Assembly: GCF_003072485.1 (NCBI RefSeq)
Contig: NZ_CP025989.1
Location: 750,001 to 782,000 of the forward strand
DNA: 32,000 nucleotides
Source of the DNA: Candidatus Fokinia solitaria
GTDB taxonomy: Bacteria > Pseudomonadota > Alphaproteobacteria > Rickettsiales > Midichloriaceae
Direction: 5' to 3'
Position numbers and translations under genes: made by a program. Numbering within the stretch: the stretch's first letter is position 1; the number at the start of each line of letters is the position of its first letter. The notes under the pieces are model-generated. The model saw only the letters and a program-made list of their open reading frames with translations. It had not been told where the DNA came from and ran no database searches. Positions 28,736-32,000 of this stretch are shown piece by piece.

Positions 28736-30838
28736 ATGAGTACTTTCCTCAAAGAACTTAAAATAACAAATTATAAATGCTTCGCGAAAGAGATTTCAAT
28801 CGAGTTTAACGTGCCTAATAATAAAGAAAAAGGCTCCGGACTTACGGTACTTATTGGAAATAACGGCATAGGAAAAACTGCAATACTAGAGGCTATCGAA
28901 TACTTAACATTAAATTACTTCTCCTTGCAGAATAAATTAGATGTCAACGACTTTTCTGATTACAGCAAATCAATTGTGCTTAGAGCTTCTACGAACGAAG
29001 CGAAGGAATACTCAATTGGAATTAGCGCAAGAGACAAGGGCTCTAGAAAAGCATTTACGGCACCATTTATAGTACAGCTAATGTCAGATGAAAAAAAACA
29101 TATGACAAAGGAAGAACAGTTCAACCGAACGGATGAAACTTCGCAATCTGAACTACAAAAAAAAGTGGAAATTTTCTTCTTTAAGCATGATAGAGCGAAA
29201 GAAATATCAAGTACAGGATATAGAACGGCATTTCAGAAAATAACAGATGAACTAAATTGGCGCTTCTTAAGAAATATTAAGCAAAATGGCACTAATGCTG
29301 ACGAACGACATGACAGTACTGCCGACAATGAAGAGACACTTAAAGCTCTAGTAGAAGAATTAAAAGAAACTTTTTCTGGGCATGAAAGGCCTCTAAAAGA
29401 ATTCTTCGAAATATTGGAAAAACGCAAAGAGAATGCCTTTAAAGATGAAAAAGATGAAAAAGGTAAAAAAGGTGAAGAAGATAAAAAAGATGAGAGAGGA
29501 AGGCAATATCAAGCGTACTGTATAAACTTACTGATGATGATAGCATCTGCTGGCGATGATTCGCTACAAAAATGCGTCGCCACTCTCATAAAAAATGATG
29601 GAAGGCAGAGAAAGCTGGCGATAAAAGAAGATCCTGCCGATGATGATTCGCTACAGAAATGCGTCGCCACTCTCACAGGAGATGAGGCGGAAAAAAAGCT
29701 TAAGCTACTGCAGTATGCATTAAAATTTATGAATATTTCGCTATCAGAACGTTACTGCGAGTATGCAGATGAGCTAAAAACGCTACTTTCTGAAGGTAGT
29801 ACTGAAAAGAGCCACATTCAGTTACGCCGCGCATTCGATGAATTGCAGAAGTATTTTCCAAATAATGAAGAAGTCAAAAATATAAATATCTCACCGTTCA
29901 ATCTCTTACAGCCGTTTTCGAATGCATCTATCACATCACGCGCTGAGAAGTCACTATCACAAATAGATATATCAAGCTTAGGATCTGGTATTCAAATGAT
30001 GATTGCGTTGCTTATATTGCGAGAGATTGCAGAAATGTCGCAAAACAACACAGCAAAGAGTACGAAAGAAACAGCACAAACAGAAGAGACAGAACAAACG
30101 CCAGGTCTTATTTACTTAATTGACGAACCAGAACTACATTTACATCCATCAGCACAGAGAAAATTAATGGAATTACTCCTCGAAGAATCAAAGACGAAGC
30201 AGATAATCATCGCAACTCACTCTACAGAGCTAATACATCCGATATTCTGTAAGAAAGAAGAGCCAGAAAAACACCATAACGACACGCCACAAACTGAAGG
30301 TGAAAACAAAAGCGAAAGGCAAAATGCTCCTATAAAACCATACTTCCGCATCTTCAAAAGAGAGTCACAGGAGATAACAGTCACTGCTGATGCAGTAAAG
30401 CTTCTGCTTCCCTTTCCATCACGAGAAGAAATAATTTTCCGCGCATTTGACGTATTTACTACAGATTTTCACAATGAGCTTTACGGCACACTTTATAGTA
30501 AGTTGGAGAAACAATTTTATGACGAGCAGAAGAATAAGAGATTTATTGCAGAGGAATTTGACAAGAAAGTTGCCGAACTTAAAGAGAATCTTAAAGAAGG
30601 AGAGCATATACCATCACCCGCAGAGAAAGAATGGAAAAAGTACAATTCAAAGAAAGGTGAAGTAATAGCAGAAAAAGTAACGATACATACTTACATAAGA
30701 AATTCAATACATCATCCTGAAAATACACTTAATACCCTTTACACAGAAAAAGAATTAAAAGAGTCGATCGAAACACTAATAAAGTTATTAGGAGATTTTC
30801 TCAAGAGAGAATCAAAACACAGAAGATTGAGATATTAG
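28736..30838 (+). CDS. RecF/OLD-like AAA family ATPase (AAA_21-type) with C-terminal helical region carrying an Rx4H motif
   Basis: Walker A GNNGIGKTAILEAIEY, signature-like SSLGSGIQMMIALLI, Walker B LIYLIDEPELHLHPSAQRKLMELL, H-loop IIIATHSTELIH; C-terminal TYIRNSIHHPENT. Confidence 0.88.
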   Translation: MSTFLKELKITNYKCFAKEISIEFNVPNNKEKGSGLTVLIGNNGIGKTAILEAIEYLTLNYFSLQNKLDVNDFSDYSKSIVLRASTNEAKEYSIGISARDKGSRKAFTAPFIVQLMSDEKKHMTKEEQFNRTDETSQSELQKKVEIFFFKHDRAKEISSTGYRTAFQKITDELNWRFLRNIKQNGTNADERHDSTADNEETLKALVEELKETFSGHERPLKEFFEILEKRKENAFKDEKDEKGKKGEEDKKDERGRQYQAYCINLLMMIASAGDDSLQKCVATLIKNDGRQRKLAIKEDPADDDSLQKCVATLTGDEAEKKLKLLQYALKFMNISLSERYCEYADELKTLLSEGSTEKSHIQLRRAFDELQKYFPNNEEVKNINISPFNLLQPFSNASITSRAEKSLSQIDISSLGSGIQMMIALLILREIAEMSQNNTAKSTKETAQTEETEQTPGLIYLIDEPELHLHPSAQRKLMELLLEESKTKQIIIATHSTELIHPIFCKKEEPEKHHNDTPQTEGENKSERQNAPIKPYFRIFKRESQEITVTADAVKLLLPFPSREEIIFRAFDVFTTDFHNELYGTLYSKLEKQFYDEQKNKRFIAEEFDKKVAELKENLKEGEHIPSPAEKEWKKYNSKKGEVIAEKVTIHTYIRNSIHHPENTLNTLYTEKELKESIETLIKLLGDFLKRESKHRRLRY
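29555..29675 (+). repeat. Intragenic direct repeat: 34-bp units (29555-29588 and 29642-29675), 87 bp apart, 33/34 identical
   Basis: GATGATTCGCTACARAAATGCGTCGCCACTCTCA read twice in the same frame; encodes DDSLQKCVATL twice. Confidence 0.9.
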
Positions 30839-30931
30839 ACTTTTTCAAGCGCTTACAAATGTACTTAAAATACACGACGTTCTGCGATAAATGGATCTGC
30901 TTTAATTTGCAAATCTCATTTTCGCAAAAAG

Positions 30932-32000
30932 TCACGCTTCTATCGTGCGAGATAGTCTACTAAGATACTCTCTTAAATACAGTCCAGTAACACTCTCTGG
31001 ATGCTTGCATATATCTTCCGGACGTCCTACACATAGCACTTTACCACCTTTAGGGCCTCCTCCAGGGCCAAAATCTATCACGTAATCAGCCTGTGCCACA
31101 ATACTCATATTATGTTCCACTACAACTACAGTATCGCCTCTATCAACTAATCTGTTAATCGTGGCAATCAACTTTGTAACGTCTTCTGGATGTAATCCTT
31201 TGCTTGGCTCATCCAACAAATATACTGTATGACTTCTAGAGAATTCTTCTCCTCCTTTCTCTAAGCTGAGAGTGGTGATATGTGCTCTTTTAGATAGTTC
31301 TCTAGACAGCTTAACGCGTTGCGCTTCACCACCGGAAAGTGTTGTTGCTGATTGCCCCATCTGCATATATCCTAATCCAACTTCTTGTAGTAAAGATATC
31401 TTTTCTCTTATTGCGGGCACATTTGCGAAAGCTTCCATCGCTTCATCAACAGAAAGTTCTAATATATCTGCTATAGAGTATCCATTCCACTTTATCTGCA
31501 ATGTATCTTGATTGTAGCGTTTTCCTCCACACGCATCACATTGTATATACACATCAGGCAAAAAATACATTTCTACCTTAATCACGCCATCACCTTCGCA
31601 TACCTCGCATCTTCCGCCTTTGATATTAAATGAAAATCTCGCTGCGGTATAACCATTACCGATAGAATCGGGAAGATTCGCGTATAATTCTCTAATTTGT
31701 GTAAACACGTTAATATATGTCGCAGGATTTGAACGTGGCGTTCTACCTATTGGCGACTGATCTATTCTTATTATTTTATCTACATTTTCTACTCCTGTGA
31801 TTTTCTTATATAAACTTGAGTTAGTAAGTACTCCGTTGATTTTATTACTTATTGCTCTATAAAAGAGTTCTACGAAAGTGGACTTACCACTTCCTGAAAC
31901 TCCAGTAATAGCCGTAAGCACTCCACACGGAATATCGATATCGACATCTTTGATGTTGTATGCTGTTGCGCCATAGATAGATAACATATCAGTATTGAGA
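30932..32000 (-). CDS. uvrA: Excinuclease ABC subunit UvrA, C-terminal portion (5' end beyond the window)
   Basis: ITGVSGSGKSTFVELF, IDQSPIGRTPRSNPATYINVFTQIREL, FSFNIKGGRCEVCEGDG...CDACGG, TTLSGGEAQRVKLSRELSK, YLLDEPSKGLHPEDV. The frame stays open upstream of the track's ATG (LNTDMLSIYGATAYNIK), so the gene continues off the right edge. Confidence 0.97.
   Translation of the reverse strand, partial: LNTDMLSIYGATAYNIKDVDIDIPCGVLTAITGVSGSGKSTFVELFYRAISNKINGVLTNSSLYKKITGVENVDKIIRIDQSPIGRTPRSNPATYINVFTQIRELYANLPDSIGNGYTAARFSFNIKGGRCEVCEGDGVIKVEMYFLPDVYIQCDACGGKRYNQDTLQIKWNGYSIADILELSVDEAMEAFANVPAIREKISLLQEVGLGYMQMGQSATTLSGGEAQRVKLSRELSKRAHITTLSLEKGGEEFSRSHTVYLLDEPSKGLHPEDVTKLIATINRLVDRGDTVVVVEHNMSIVAQADYVIDFGPGGGPKGGKVLCVGRPEDICKHPESVTGLYLREYLSRLSRTIEA

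Noticed and set aside
30932-31987. Possible complete 351-aa UvrA-like ABC protein starting at the track's ATG
   Set aside because: The frame remains open upstream to the window edge and LNTDMLSIYGATAYNIK fits the interior of UvrA, so this is a truncated full-length uvrA, not a short paralog.
1-32000. CRISPR arrays, rRNA, tRNA, transposases, prophage genes, toxin-antitoxin pairs, secretion loci
   Set aside because: Reading the gaps and ORF products I found no regularly spaced repeats, no convincing tRNA cloverleaf, and no mobile-element proteins. tRNAscan-SE, Infernal and ISfinder searches would be needed to rule these out fully.

Overview
This 32 kb window is AT-rich, gene-dense and mostly housekeeping. 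Gene content (alpha-type SspB, CutA, Lnt, MnmG/MnmE, type-2 ferredoxin-NADP reductase, DUF2335-like protein, divergent DAACS carriers) suggests an alphaproteobacterium, plausibly a Rickettsiales-type endosymbiont; that placement is inference. In order: M23 peptidase (5' truncated by the window edge), mnmG, ferredoxin-NADP reductase, rnc, an orphan coiled-coil protein, fusA/rpsG/rpsL (minus strand), a DUF2335-like membrane protein, a DAACS symporter, cutA, recR, lnt, an RluC/D-like pseudouridine synthase, gltX, pdxY, a second DAACS symporter, a dnaQ-like exonuclease, an M24 aminopeptidase P, an SspB-like adaptor, comF-like, mnmE, clpP, yajC, pheT, an O-methyltransferase, a RecF/OLD-like AAA ATPase with a C-terminal Rx4H motif, and the C-terminal part of uvrA (runs off the window). 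I found no CRISPR array, rRNA, convincing tRNA, transposase or clear multi-gene novel system. The observations most worth checking are the solitary AAA ATPase with a HEPN-like Rx4H tail and an internal 87-bp-offset duplication, the orphan coiled-coil protein at 5097-6458, a roughly 50-aa extra segment in GltX, a proline replacing the classical Lys88 of ribosomal protein S12, and two divergent DAACS paralogs about 6 kb apart.
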